Notes: generated by a model not told the origin, from the letters alone. A stretch of 56,834 nt of DNA from an uncultured virus (IMG/VR IMGVR_UViG_3300042471_001823) (IMGVR_UViG_3300042471_001823); one strand, 5' to 3'. Numbered from the stretch's first letter, positions 1 through 10,528 are shown. Numbers and translations: made by a program.

Positions 1-869
1 GAGCCGTCACCGAAATTAAACACAATGGGATTGCTTTTATCAACCACAGACAAGCGCTCAATGGACTCATAAAGCTTTTTAGGGTTGATCAAGAATGCTG
101 AGGTGCTGTCTTTTTTGTGGCGAATCAATGACTCAAGATTAGGGTAAGTGCCATCAAGCAAAGGGGCAATCAAAGTGATGTTGTTTGCCAGAATCTTGAC
201 GTATCTATCACCAATGTGCAACTCCATCTTGTCTGTAGCATACTTAATTGCCACCTTGACGCATTTACTGGGGATTACGCACTCATCAAACCCTTTGGTT
301 TCTACCACCGTTGGCTGTATTCCTTTCTTGATAGCAAAGTGTCCGGTAGTCGCACCCAGATCGAAAATGTCATCATTCTTGTGATACTTCAACCTGATGC
401 CACACAAAATGCGTTTGGTTTCATCGTCGGACACAGCTTGTAAAGCCTGTTTAAATGACTTCCCAAAATCACCAACAATGACATGATCGACCTCAAAGCT
501 ATCAATAGACGGAAATTCACTAGTAGGCATCACATTAATTTTGTATTCGCCTGATGGGTGGGTTAAAACCACCATACTCTCATCATCATTCAAAGTCAGG
601 GTGATGTCCCCATTGATTGATGACACAATATCTGCCAACAGTTTTGATGGAATCGTGGTTTCACCAGACCTGACGACATCAACATTTCCATTAATTTCGG
701 CAATCACTGTTAGCCTGAGATCGGTTCCACAGATCGTGACATTGCCAGTTTCAGCGTTTGCTACGACTTTTACATGGGTAAGGATTGGGTGGCTAGACTT
801 AGCTCCAATAGCTTCAACTGCGGGTTTTAAACCCTCGATAAAAACTTTACTGGATACGGTAAAACGCAT
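1..869 (-). CDS. dnaN: DNA polymerase III beta subunit (sliding clamp), 3' end beyond window
   Basis: Not in ORF track. Manual translation from ATG at 869: MRFTVSSKVFIEGLKPAVEAIGAKSSHPILTHVKV...ICGTDLRL...GETTIPSKLLADIVSS...SEFPSI...AVSDDETKRILCGI...LLDGTYPNLESLI, the typical DnaN motif series; GAGG RBS upstream. Confidence 0.9.
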   Translation of the reverse strand, partial: MRFTVSSKVFIEGLKPAVEAIGAKSSHPILTHVKVVANAETGNVTICGTDLRLTVIAEINGNVDVVRSGETTIPSKLLADIVSSINGDITLTLNDDESMVVLTHPSGEYKINVMPTSEFPSIDSFEVDHVIVGDFGKSFKQALQAVSDDETKRILCGIRLKYHKNDDIFDLGATTGHFAIKKGIQPTVVETKGFDECVIPSKCVKVAIKYATDKMELHIGDRYVKILANNITLIAPLLDGTYPNLESLIRHKKDSTSAFLINPKKLYESIERLSVVDKSNPIVFNFGDG

Positions 870-883
870 TTATTAACCTCTTA

Positions 884-941
884 GTGGTAATGACTTTAGG
901 CAGTAATAATGACTTTAGGTGATGGCAACGACTTCAGGTAA
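884..941. repeat. Short degenerate tandem repeat (3 x ~19 bp, core AA(T/C)GACTT(T/C)AGG)
   Basis: taatgactttaggc / taatgactttaggt / caacgacttcaggt upstream of dnaN. Confidence 0.6.
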
Positions 942-1043
942 CAAGGTTGCCATCAACCATCACTTGACACAATTATTGTACAACATTTATTGATCTTGCA
1001 ACATTTTTGTGTAATAATAATTCTATCGATTTATTTATTGTAT

Positions 1044-1322
1044 ATGGAATATCGCCAAATTTCTGATCCGTCCGTCAAGGTGTCTATCGTTTCGACAGCA
1101 TCTGTCTATGGGGTGCAAATGCACACGCTGTCCAATGGCGACAAGTGGAGTGAAGCCGCTTTTAATAAAGAGTTTGTGTGTGTTGATGCCGATCTAGCGA
1201 TTGCTGTCAAAAAGAAAAAAGAAGAAATTCTTGAGTTCCATCAAGCCAATAAACCGGCAAATAATGCGACTGTTAAGCCAGTCAGCTTGATAAAACCGAT
1301 ATTGAAGGGGCGGACGCGATAA
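1044..1322 (+). CDS. Hypothetical protein
   Basis: ORF; ATG at 1044 (MEYRQ) preferred to the TTG at 990. Confidence 0.6.
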   Translation: MEYRQISDPSVKVSIVSTASVYGVQMHTLSNGDKWSEAAFNKEFVCVDADLAIAVKKKKEEILEFHQANKPANNATVKPVSLIKPILKGRTR

Positions 1323-1330
1323 GGCAAGGC

Positions 1331-1906
1331 TTATTGCTTATTATTCAAATCCCCACGTCTTTCCACAATATTTTGAGCGCGATAGAGGTCACTAATCCTA
1401 GCGCTAAGGTCTTCAAGCTGTGAAACTTGTGCATCGTTGTATTTTTCAACAATCTGCTTAAGGCTTAGCAACTGAGTCTCAATACTTTGCACATGATTAT
1501 CGGTTGCCCCTGACTGTTGGAGACTGCGTTCCATAATGCTTAACGTTGAATTAATTAACTGCTGTAACAGTTCATGTTGCAATGCGTGGTTATCCTTGTT
1601 GGCACTAATCGCAGTCTTTAACAGTTCAGAAGTGATCGCCATTGATGCCTCAGACCGTTTTACTTCCTGCTCTATGGCTAATTGCATTCTTTTCTCTTGA
1701 CTAGCAATCCATGCTGTAGTCCCTTGCTTAAAGAAAAACCCGATAGCAGTTGCCGCTGCCATTGCACCCCATAACAAGTAATTAGTAAGATTGTCAGTGG
1801 GTGGCGGCGGCGGGTAATATTTTTCTGGTTGATGTGGAATTGCAGTCTGCGAAATTAATATGCGATCATCACTAATTGTGGCAATCAAAGGATCGAAGTT
1901 AGTCAT
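1331..1906 (-). CDS. Single-pass membrane coiled-coil protein (holin/lysis-accessory-like, tentative)
   Basis: Hydrophobic YLLWGAMAAATAIGFFF followed by long Q/L/E-rich helices. Confidence 0.5.
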   Translation of the reverse strand: MTNFDPLIATISDDRILISQTAIPHQPEKYYPPPPPTDNLTNYLLWGAMAAATAIGFFFKQGTTAWIASQEKRMQLAIEQEVKRSEASMAITSELLKTAISANKDNHALQHELLQQLINSTLSIMERSLQQSGATDNHVQSIETQLLSLKQIVEKYNDAQVSQLEDLSARISDLYRAQNIVERRGDLNNKQ

Positions 1907-1941
1907 AAAAAATACCTTTTTAAAATGTTGAAGTTAACACC

Positions 1942-3612
1942 ATGAAACTACAATTATTTGATTATCAATTTACCGCCTGCGATGCCATTATAAGCCACAT
2001 TCAAGGTGGGAACAATACCGTTTTGGTGGTAGCTCCTACAGGTTCAGGTAAGAGCAAAATCGCCACAGCGCTAGTAGATTATGGGCTAAACAAAAAATAC
2101 AAAATCTTATTTGCGGTCACAATTAATACTTTAATTGAACAAACTTTAGAACATTTTAATGATCTAAATGTTTTAGGTGTAATTGGTGATCGTAGTGTTT
2201 ATCCTGATCCCACAATTGGCAGTAATGGCGGGGTGATTATTGGCAGTCTGCAATCAATTGCAGTCCGTCCTGAGTGGTTATCAGGATGGGATATGGTTGT
2301 TTTTGATGAGGCTCACACATCCGCTTTTTATGGCGTAGCACAGCAATTAGAGGCATCAATCAAAATAGGGCTAACCGCTACACCAAAGAGGGGTGATAAG
2401 CGAATTATGGCAGAAGTGTTTAGCCGTGCTGTAATCGTAGCCACTCACCAAGAATTAACTGAACGTGGTTACTTAACAGAATTGGAATACTACGGATTAG
2501 TACCTGAGAACTTGCCAGATTTAAGCAATGTAAAGGTTACTCAGTCAGGGGAGTATGATTTAGAGCAACTTGAAACGGTTTGCAATACTGAGTTTGCGAT
2601 TCACAGGGCACTAGACGCTAGGAATCAGTTCGCAGGTGATGTGCCAACACTGGCATTTTGTACCACAGTTAAACACGTTGAGCATACGGTACGAATTGCT
2701 CAGGAAAGGGGTATTAAAGCCGCTGGGATTGTTGGTAATACCAAAAACCGTAAAGCATTGTTTGAACGATTAAGATCAGGTGATTTGACCATGCTTGTTA
2801 GCTGTAAAGCTTTATCTACTGGTACAGATCTCCCATTTGTTAAGTGCGGGTTGCTGATGTTTCCACATCTAACCGAAGCCCCTCACATTCAAGAAATTGG
2901 CAGAATTGCTAGAAAGTTTAAGGGTAAAACACATGGCATTATCATTGATGCTGTAGGCAATTGTAATGATTTAGGCTTAGCCCATGAAAAAATCTGGACA
3001 CCAGAACAAGCGCTGGGATTGCATCAAACCAAGAAAGTCACGCCTAGGCAATGTCCCTTTTGCTATGCCTACAACAGCAACACTGCCAAGACTTGTAAAA
3101 ATTGTGGCGCTGAGTTAACTGCCCATGACGCTAGAGAGCGCACCACCTCAAAGAAGAAAGAGGCTAGTGATGTTAAAGGCAAGTTCATTAAAATCACTAC
3201 ATCAGCATTAGGACGGCTTAAGAATGGATTAGCCGAAACCTCAGAGTATCGCGATTATTGGAGATCGTTACTACAGGATGCCTATCATGGCGGTGACATC
3301 AGAGGGGCATTCAAGCGCTATGTACGCCATGAGTTCCCTAAGCACCCTAAACCAGAGCAATCATGGGGATTACACGCTGTTTTAGGCGATAATCCTAGTC
3401 CTGATGAAGTAAACCAGTTCAAAGCACATGTTATTAGATCTAGCTTTGCTGTAGCTGAAAATAAGCGTGAATGGTGGCGTAGTCAGACGATTCGTAATGA
3501 GTTGGGTGCGGGTACAAGCAATAAAACTTTAAGCGCTTCACAAACAGGCAATAAAACTGAACCCGTTAGACCAGTGGGTGGGCGGTTTAGTATTAGGAAA
3601 CCGATTTATTAA
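1942..3612 (+). CDS. Superfamily 2 DExH helicase with Zn ribbon (ResIII/YejH-like)
   Basis: APTGSGKS, DEAH, GLTATP, QEIGRIAR, CPFC..CKNC. Confidence 0.92.
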   Translation: MKLQLFDYQFTACDAIISHIQGGNNTVLVVAPTGSGKSKIATALVDYGLNKKYKILFAVTINTLIEQTLEHFNDLNVLGVIGDRSVYPDPTIGSNGGVIIGSLQSIAVRPEWLSGWDMVVFDEAHTSAFYGVAQQLEASIKIGLTATPKRGDKRIMAEVFSRAVIVATHQELTERGYLTELEYYGLVPENLPDLSNVKVTQSGEYDLEQLETVCNTEFAIHRALDARNQFAGDVPTLAFCTTVKHVEHTVRIAQERGIKAAGIVGNTKNRKALFERLRSGDLTMLVSCKALSTGTDLPFVKCGLLMFPHLTEAPHIQEIGRIARKFKGKTHGIIIDAVGNCNDLGLAHEKIWTPEQALGLHQTKKVTPRQCPFCYAYNSNTAKTCKNCGAELTAHDARERTTSKKKEASDVKGKFIKITTSALGRLKNGLAETSEYRDYWRSLLQDAYHGGDIRGAFKRYVRHEFPKHPKPEQSWGLHAVLGDNPSPDEVNQFKAHVIRSSFAVAENKREWWRSQTIRNELGAGTSNKTLSASQTGNKTEPVRPVGGRFSIRKPIY

Positions 3613-3615
3613 CAA

Positions 3616-4746
3616 TTATTTGATTGAATCTTTTAACGCTGTCATTTTATTTTTAACAGTTTCTACGTCAAAATTACTTGCAAGAAGATCTTTTTGATTT
3701 TTAGGAAGTAATGAATTTAATTCGGCATCTGTGGAGACTTTATTGGCAAATTGTTCTAATTGTTTTTTAGTAAATGACTGCCATTTAGTATTACCAAGTA
3801 GCGCCCCTGATGGAACATGAACTACCTCATAATGCTTGCCTTTTATTTTTGATTCCAAATCTTTAGGCATTGGGGCTTGTTCGGCTGCGGTGTAATGGTC
3901 TTGCATAAAATCAATTGACGTTTCGGGATTGGCAATAATGTAATCTCCAATTCGTTTTCCCACGACTTTTCTCCATTGACCATTCAATGGTGTCACAGCG
4001 ACATCTAGCCCTGATTCTGGCTTAAGCCACACGCCTGTTTGTTCTCTTTTTGCGTCAACAGCTTTTTGCTCATCGGTTAACTTAGGAGTGTAATAAATCT
4101 TGTCTAAAGCTTCATCAAAAATGTCACGGGCATTGTCATCACTTAATTCCTTTAAACCTGACTTCGTGACAAGATCTGCTAGTTCCATTGCACCTTTTTT
4201 ATCCCATGCAGTATGGTGTCCAGATTCAAAGAAAATGACTCGATCCCTACTAGGAATATGATGCAATTCATAGCCGCCGCCAAATTTTTGTTTTTTTACA
4301 ATGAAATCTCCTACGTGATAACCTTCAATGTCACGAATTGATCCATTGAAATTTGAGAACTCTTTGATTTTTACATAATCAGGTTGGTTTTTACTGCCTT
4401 GTTTTAACACTTCAATGTCAAGTTTTGGCACATCAGGTTCTTTGTCTGCTTTTGAGATCTCATCTTTTTTAGTTTTGATCTGTTCTTTAACCCTAGCTTT
4501 AACTTCTTTTACTGACTCAAGTTTAACGATTCCATCCTCGTTAAATTCTAAGTTAGGCAAGTCTTTTTGATCTGATTCAGGTACTGATTCTTTGCCTGTT
4601 AAAACATTTTTAATTGGGGCGTAATGGGTAATCTGTCCATTAGATTTTATCCCTGCATTATTAGTAAGTTTTTTAATCCCTATTTTAGTAATTGTCATCT
4701 GAGGGATCGATAAATCAGTGTCATTCACTTTAAGGATTTTTAACAT
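3616..4746 (-). CDS. Lys-rich protein, IPQMTI N-terminal family (putative internal virion protein)
   Basis: 376 aa ORF; N-terminus MLKILKVNDTDLSIPQMTI; repeated YE(L/V)xH(I/V)PS motif. Confidence 0.6.
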   Translation of the reverse strand: MLKILKVNDTDLSIPQMTITKIGIKKLTNNAGIKSNGQITHYAPIKNVLTGKESVPESDQKDLPNLEFNEDGIVKLESVKEVKARVKEQIKTKKDEISKADKEPDVPKLDIEVLKQGSKNQPDYVKIKEFSNFNGSIRDIEGYHVGDFIVKKQKFGGGYELHHIPSRDRVIFFESGHHTAWDKKGAMELADLVTKSGLKELSDDNARDIFDEALDKIYYTPKLTDEQKAVDAKREQTGVWLKPESGLDVAVTPLNGQWRKVVGKRIGDYIIANPETSIDFMQDHYTAAEQAPMPKDLESKIKGKHYEVVHVPSGALLGNTKWQSFTKKQLEQFANKVSTDAELNSLLPKNQKDLLASNFDVETVKNKMTALKDSIK

Positions 4747-4800
4747 ACAAATTACCTTTGTTGCGCCATAGTCTATGGTAGCATTTTTTATTAATTATTA

Positions 4801-5337
4801 TCAAGTTAAATGCCTCAGCACAACATTCCTTAAAAAATAAGAAAACCGATGATTAATATCAGTCACGGATTCTGGCAAAATGATTGTATCAGAGGTCAAC
4901 TCACCGCAATCACAAACACGAATTATTTTAGAGTTAAACTCATCGCAACCGCTTAGAGCCTTGTTTGGTTCAGCTACGATTTTGATTGCTGGTTGCACAA
5001 TCATGATTGTCCCAAAAAACTGATTCGTATACTCAATGCACCGCTGGTAATATTCACTATTTGGCAATGCATTGGCATAAACAATCATGTCTAATGGGGT
5101 GCGGTCACTAATGAATTGTTTGTGATCAGCATTTTGCCACAGGCTCACTGCATCCGCTAGGATTTCCCACTGAATAAATTCACGCTCTTGAGGGGTTAGG
5201 ACACCATTAGGGTCTAGTTTATGCCTAGTGAATACATGACTGGTTCTAGTACCCACAAATGGCAACTTTAGCGCGTCACTGATTAATCGCGCTAAAGTTG
5301 TTTTGCCACTGCGATGACTGCCTGAGAGTCCGTACAT
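4801..5337 (-). CDS. P-loop kinase (AAA_28/NadR/dNMP-kinase-like)
   Basis: GSHRSGKTT Walker A near N-terminus; FISDRTPLD motif. Confidence 0.8.
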   Translation of the reverse strand: MYGLSGSHRSGKTTLARLISDALKLPFVGTRTSHVFTRHKLDPNGVLTPQEREFIQWEILADAVSLWQNADHKQFISDRTPLDMIVYANALPNSEYYQRCIEYTNQFFGTIMIVQPAIKIVAEPNKALSGCDEFNSKIIRVCDCGELTSDTIILPESVTDINHRFSYFLRNVVLRHLT

Positions 5338-5417
5338 TTTTTAGGTTTATTGTGGGTGGTTATTTGGCTAACTCAATAAACTTTTTAGCATCTTCGAGAG
5401 GCTTAACAGTTTCCGGT

Positions 5418-7571
5418 TTATTGCGATGCACTGGTAGTAGATTGCCCTTGACTTGGCTGATTCATTGAATCAATAATTTCCATTGCTTTTGATTCTGTGA
5501 TTCGTTTAGCCGTGCGGGTATCTGTTGCAATTCTATAATACTGATTTTTTGGGGTTTTAATAATCCCCTCTCCTTTTAATGGCAAGTTATCTGCAATTCT
5601 CATTGATCCATATTTAAATTGCTCTTTTTGAGGCAAATTCTGATCCATCTCAGTCATTTTCCCGTTATAAAAAAGCAAATGATTTTTTGATTTAGTATCA
5701 ACAAATTGCTTTGAATGAGACGATTTGTTGACATTGCTTGCATGTGATTGGGTTGACGATTGCCCTTGACTTGGCTGATCCATCTCTGCCATTAACCCAT
5801 AAAACTCTTTACGTTTTTTAGCCGTCTTAGTCATGGGAGACAAAGCCTTAGCAGTTTTCTTGCCACCGCTTAAAACATTTTTAGCAGACTTCAATCCTTT
5901 ACCAATTTTAGCGGATTGCTCCTTGGTGATCGGCTTGTTAGGCTTTGACCTCCTAGGCATTGGAGTAGCCATTGACTTACTCATCAAATTATAGCTTTCC
6001 ATCTGCTTTTGAATAGCAGATCTGCTAGTGTCTGATGGCGTGGTCAATTTAGCGCTTTTCTTACTAGTTCCAGTCAACAAATCATAGGTTGCTTGGTCAA
6101 TTTCACCAAATTTTAGCGCTTTTTCCCACTGTTTCTCATTACCACCCGTGATAGTGGATTGAGACTTAGGAAATGCTAGAGATGTTGATTCTTTAGCACT
6201 GTTGATATTTTTCCTGACTGCATCAAAAGTTTCTTGATTGTTTTCTACGTTGATAATACCAGCGCCATACGGTCTTAAATCAATCCTAGTTGTGAGTTTT
6301 TTGTTTGCCGCAGCCAACACTTTTTTGCCCTTTTCGTTAAGCACTGGATGGGTAAAGTTTTTGATGTCGTAATACCCTTGATCGTAATACTTCTTGCCAT
6401 CAGTTTCATCTGCCTTGAATCGAGGCGGCTTGCCATCAGCGGCTAGCAATTCATTGATTCTAGACTTTGCTTCTCGCCGTGCAGAATCTGTTTTATATGT
6501 AAACAAATTGTATTCCACTTTCCTCAATTCATTGATTCCACCCCTGTTTAACATCCTTTCCTTAGCTCTATACTTCTCAGGAATCTTGTATGGGTCGTCA
6601 GTTAATGATTTCCTGAGTTCTTTCAACCTGTCATATTGCCCCTGATCTTGATTTTTCAGCCCTTTCTCAGCTTCACCCAAAACCTGATTAACATGATCCT
6701 TCATCTCTTTGGAGAACACAGTCCCTTTGGACTCATCGACTTTAGCCGTTTTAGCCTTACCAGCCTTTACTGGTTCCGGCGGTGGCAATGACTCAGGCTG
6801 TCCAAACAAGTCGGTCTGAATGCGTTCTTTTGTGGGTGTGGGTTGCCCTGTGGCTGCCGCCATTTGCTTGTTAACTTGCTTGGCATACCTTTCAGCGGCT
6901 TCTTTGGTTTTGAATGTTAATCGGTTGTTAGGACTGCCACCAGTCCTTAAAAATTCATAAGGTTTATCACCTTCAACGATAACGCCATGTCGCCAAGTAT
7001 TGTCAACACTGGCTACAACTTTTGCGCCCCTAGGAATTTCATGCTTATGATTTTGTTTGGTGGTGATGGTTACTGTATCAGCCATTGACTTAACTGCCTT
7101 TTCAGCGGCTTTGGGTGACGGGGTTTCAGTGGCAACCTGAGACACTTTCTCAGCGGCTTTAGGTGATGGCGGTTTATTCCTTTCCGCATACTCTCTCTTC
7201 ATTTTCTCAGACAAAGCCTTATTAGCAGCTTTTTTAGCCACATCTTTGATAGATTTAGTCGCTTTAGCCAAAGTTTTAGCACGTTCGACTTGAGGAGTCA
7301 TTTTTTCAGCATCAACAAAAAGTTGTCCGTTTTTAGTCTCAGTAGGAACAACAGTGTTTAATTCACCTGCTTTTCTTTCCAAGTGAACATAAGGTTTGAT
7401 TGTCTCAGAAATAGGAACTTCACCTTTCAAGATATTGACAATATGCTTGCTTTTAGTCATCTTATTCTTTGCTGTAATTCCCCTAGAATTAACTAGCTCT
7501 GCTATTACATGATGTGCAATAGTCATTTGGGGAATAGTTTGATCGCTTGTAATGCTGAAAATTTGTAGCAT
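5418..7571 (-). CDS. Large Lys-rich protein, IPQMTI N-terminal family
   Basis: 717 aa; MLQIFSITSDQTIPQMTI; internal repeats PSPKAAEK x2 and M(D/N)QPSQGQS x2; QTDLF motif. Confidence 0.6.
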   Translation of the reverse strand: MLQIFSITSDQTIPQMTIAHHVIAELVNSRGITAKNKMTKSKHIVNILKGEVPISETIKPYVHLERKAGELNTVVPTETKNGQLFVDAEKMTPQVERAKTLAKATKSIKDVAKKAANKALSEKMKREYAERNKPPSPKAAEKVSQVATETPSPKAAEKAVKSMADTVTITTKQNHKHEIPRGAKVVASVDNTWRHGVIVEGDKPYEFLRTGGSPNNRLTFKTKEAAERYAKQVNKQMAAATGQPTPTKERIQTDLFGQPESLPPPEPVKAGKAKTAKVDESKGTVFSKEMKDHVNQVLGEAEKGLKNQDQGQYDRLKELRKSLTDDPYKIPEKYRAKERMLNRGGINELRKVEYNLFTYKTDSARREAKSRINELLAADGKPPRFKADETDGKKYYDQGYYDIKNFTHPVLNEKGKKVLAAANKKLTTRIDLRPYGAGIINVENNQETFDAVRKNINSAKESTSLAFPKSQSTITGGNEKQWEKALKFGEIDQATYDLLTGTSKKSAKLTTPSDTSRSAIQKQMESYNLMSKSMATPMPRRSKPNKPITKEQSAKIGKGLKSAKNVLSGGKKTAKALSPMTKTAKKRKEFYGLMAEMDQPSQGQSSTQSHASNVNKSSHSKQFVDTKSKNHLLFYNGKMTEMDQNLPQKEQFKYGSMRIADNLPLKGEGIIKTPKNQYYRIATDTRTAKRITESKAMEIIDSMNQPSQGQSTTSASQ

Positions 7572-7665
7572 GGTGTTTGGTTATCGAAGTTAATGAAACA
7601 TGAGTTAATTGGCTTACCGTGAATTAATCATGTTATAGTTTTCATTATTACACGGGGATCTAAAA

Positions 7666-9774
7666 ATGTTACAAATCCTAGCAAAAGAAAGTTTAGAAAT
7701 TGCCATCCCTCAGATGACAATCACACCAACTGAGAAAACAAAAACTGGTGGTCAAATCGTAGGAGAGGCAACACCTAAAAGGCGTGGGAGACCTAAGAAA
7801 GTAAAAACCGAAAACGAGTTTGTCGGACCTATCAACACGCCAAACCGTAAAGGTGTTTATGCATCGGTAGCCTTAGATGGTGATGCTAAAAACAACAACA
7901 AAGCTCCTTTAGCACCAAAACCGCCTAAAGCTGAGAAGCCGCCTAAAGCAGTTAAAGAAAAAGCACCTAAAGCGACAAGCCCTGAACCATCAACCCTTGA
8001 CACAACAGCACCTAGCAAGAAATACAGCACTGCTAGTAAAGGGGCAAAGAAAGATCCCACCAAAGCCACACCATTTAAAGCACCTGATTCTGCACCGTCT
8101 TACAAAGCGGCGGTAGAATCTGCTGTGCAACAAGTTGCCGATATTGGCAGTTTTAGAGGTCCTATCCAACCGCCTAATCGTAAAGGTGTCTATGCATCAG
8201 TGGCTTTAGATGGTGACGCTAAAAACAATAACAAGGCTCCTTTAGCGCCGAAAGCACCCAAGGCTGAAAAACCGCCAAAAGCTGTTAAGGAAAAGGCTCC
8301 TAAGACCAAAGCAGCTAAGGCAACAAAAGCAGCAAGTGAAGCAAAAGCCGTTGAAATTAAAAACCCGCCATCGAGTATTCCCCTTGTAACCCCTAAAGCT
8401 AAAGCATCATTTGGAGATCAAGCTGAAAGTGGTGGTATCAAGGGACTGTTGCCACCGGATCGGAAATTTGACGCTACTCAATACGGTAAGCATGGTCCCG
8501 TTATCCCTAGAAGTGCAAGGCAAGCGGCTAAAGCTGAAAAAGCTAAGGCAACTAGCCAAGCAAAAGTATCGCCACCACCAATTGAGGGCAAGAATCCATC
8601 CTCAAGTATTCCAACTGTAACCCCTAAAGCTAAGGCATCGTTTGCTGATCAAGTCGAAAACAGCGGGGTTAAAGGCTTGTTGCCACCAGCTAGATCGACG
8701 GCTATTCCCCTTGTGACTCCTAAGCTAAAACCATCGTTTAGTGATCAAGGTACTGGCAATGGTATCAAAGGCTTATTACCACCGTCTAGCGACATGCCGA
8801 AACCCAGACGCAAAGCGATGTTAAGCCAAGCGAAAGGTGGTGGCGAATCACCCGCAGCACTAAGACGTATTCCCACCACAGGCAAGGAAATGGGTCTGTC
8901 ATTCCAAGTGATGCACCCTCGATGGGCTAAAGGCACTCCAGAAAAGGGTGGGAAGTTCATGCCCAAAAACAGCTTGCAAACCGTAGCGGCGCAATTAAAA
9001 GCATTGCATCAAGCCCATGCATCAGGCAAAATGGGAACAGAAGAGTTCCAAAGGCTAGGCAAAGAAATTGCGGGTAACGCCGCTGGTCTACTGGCTAAGG
9101 TCAACACGCCTCAAGCCCAAGCCGTTGCCGAACGTGCTAAGCAAATTGCGGGTCAAGGTGCTGGTCAACTAGCTAAGGGTGCATCAAGCTTGGCTAAGGC
9201 AGCGGGTAGCGGTATTGCCCATGTTGCTGATATTGCCACTAGACCCGCTGCTATCCAAGCCTATAAGAACATTGGCACTGCTATGGGTGATGCCGCCATT
9301 GAGGGCACACGACGGGCATTGGCTACTGAAAAGGGTCAAAAGCTTGTCAAAGGCATTCGCAGTGACATCAAAGCGGGTCGTAAAAAGCTAAAAGTAGCTA
9401 AATCCAAAATAGCTAATGCAGCGGTGACTGTCGCTAGAGGTACTGAAGCCGTGACAAACTCTAAAATGGGTAAGGGTGTAAAACGTGGCGTAGCAGCGGC
9501 TAGAAAGGCTTACGATGCAGTCACATCACCTGAAGCTAAGCAAGCCTATGAAACCGTTGGCAAAGGTGCTGTAGGTTTAGGACAAGCCGTCATTGAACTT
9601 GGCAGAAAGACTCACCAAGCCATGAACAGCGAACGCGGACAACAGATTGACCGCGCTATTAAGAGTGGTCTTTCCAGTGCCGCTAAAGGTGGTGCTAGTG
9701 CCGCTAGAAGCCTAGGCAGTGCCGCTGTCAAAGGATTGGGAAGTTTGATGACCTTGGGTAAGAAACGGAAGTAG
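7666..9774 (+). CDS. Very basic Ala/Lys/Pro-rich repeat protein, IPQMTI family, with AT-hook
   Basis: 702 aa; MLQILAKESLEIAIPQMTI; PKRRGRPKK; internal repeats; HPRWAKGTPEKGGKF motif. Confidence 0.65.
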   Translation: MLQILAKESLEIAIPQMTITPTEKTKTGGQIVGEATPKRRGRPKKVKTENEFVGPINTPNRKGVYASVALDGDAKNNNKAPLAPKPPKAEKPPKAVKEKAPKATSPEPSTLDTTAPSKKYSTASKGAKKDPTKATPFKAPDSAPSYKAAVESAVQQVADIGSFRGPIQPPNRKGVYASVALDGDAKNNNKAPLAPKAPKAEKPPKAVKEKAPKTKAAKATKAASEAKAVEIKNPPSSIPLVTPKAKASFGDQAESGGIKGLLPPDRKFDATQYGKHGPVIPRSARQAAKAEKAKATSQAKVSPPPIEGKNPSSSIPTVTPKAKASFADQVENSGVKGLLPPARSTAIPLVTPKLKPSFSDQGTGNGIKGLLPPSSDMPKPRRKAMLSQAKGGGESPAALRRIPTTGKEMGLSFQVMHPRWAKGTPEKGGKFMPKNSLQTVAAQLKALHQAHASGKMGTEEFQRLGKEIAGNAAGLLAKVNTPQAQAVAERAKQIAGQGAGQLAKGASSLAKAAGSGIAHVADIATRPAAIQAYKNIGTAMGDAAIEGTRRALATEKGQKLVKGIRSDIKAGRKKLKVAKSKIANAAVTVARGTEAVTNSKMGKGVKRGVAAARKAYDAVTSPEAKQAYETVGKGAVGLGQAVIELGRKTHQAMNSERGQQIDRAIKSGLSSAAKGGASAARSLGSAAVKGLGSLMTLGKKRK

Positions 9775-9802
9775 AAAAAATGAATAATTAATTTTTGACG
9801 AT

Positions 9803-10045
9803 CTAATCACCAACTACGATTAGATCGTCTTTTTTGGCTAAATCTATAAAGCCAGATAAATCGGTTTTGACCTTATGATAAATAATTCCATTAATTATTC
9901 GTGCTGATTCAATACGCCCCTGAATATTGCCATATTTAACCTTAGTTCCTACAGGGATACCATTCTTTGTAATGTAAACCAAGTCCAATTCCTTTAACTC
10001 CTTTTCAAAGTGATTTCGGATCATCATATAAGATTCGTAATTCAT
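9803..10045 (-). CDS. Small hypothetical protein
   Basis: ORF with helix then beta-rich part (GTKVKY); loosely similar to 50631 and 51097. Confidence 0.6.
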   Translation of the reverse strand: MNYESYMMIRNHFEKELKELDLVYITKNGIPVGTKVKYGNIQGRIESARIINGIIYHKVKTDLSGFIDLAKKDDLIVVGD

Positions 10046-10166
10046 GGTTTTGTCCCTGTGTAATGTACAGCACCAATTTATCGTATTGACATGCTAAAAT
10101 AGTTATCTGCCAACAAAAAAACAAGCAACACAAAGTTAATCCCATCAAAGGAAACAAAAAGCAAAT

Positions 10167-10415
10167 ATGGAAGATTTATATAGCATTAATTGGGAATCTC
10201 TCAGGGTTAATCCTGAATCAATTAACATTCACAATCCCACAAAATTTAGTTGGGGTAGCTATCCCCCAACCCCAATCAGTTGGGTCAACGATCGATGGAC
10301 AGCCAAATCTCCTGTGACAAATGAACCAGTAAGCGGTAAGACCGTTGCCGAAATCGTTGAAGCGCTAAATAAGGCTTATCATCGGTATTTTGATAGGTTG
10401 TTTAGTGCGAGTTGA
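10167..10415 (+). CDS. Hypothetical protein
   Basis: ORF with AAGGA-containing leader. Confidence 0.6.
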   Translation: MEDLYSINWESLRVNPESINIHNPTKFSWGSYPPTPISWVNDRWTAKSPVTNEPVSGKTVAEIVEALNKAYHRYFDRLFSAS

Positions 10416-10528
10416 GGTTTTTGACACAAAGTCATAAAGTTTGGGGTTAGTTGCCGCTAAATGTGGTTTAGTGAATTGTCTAGCACAGATTAAAAGGTAT
10501 AATTGGTATTATTTCTAACTATTTTCCC

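Noticed and set aside
148..876. Plus-strand ORFs 148..384, 216..443, 541..876
   Set aside because: Antisense shadows of dnaN.
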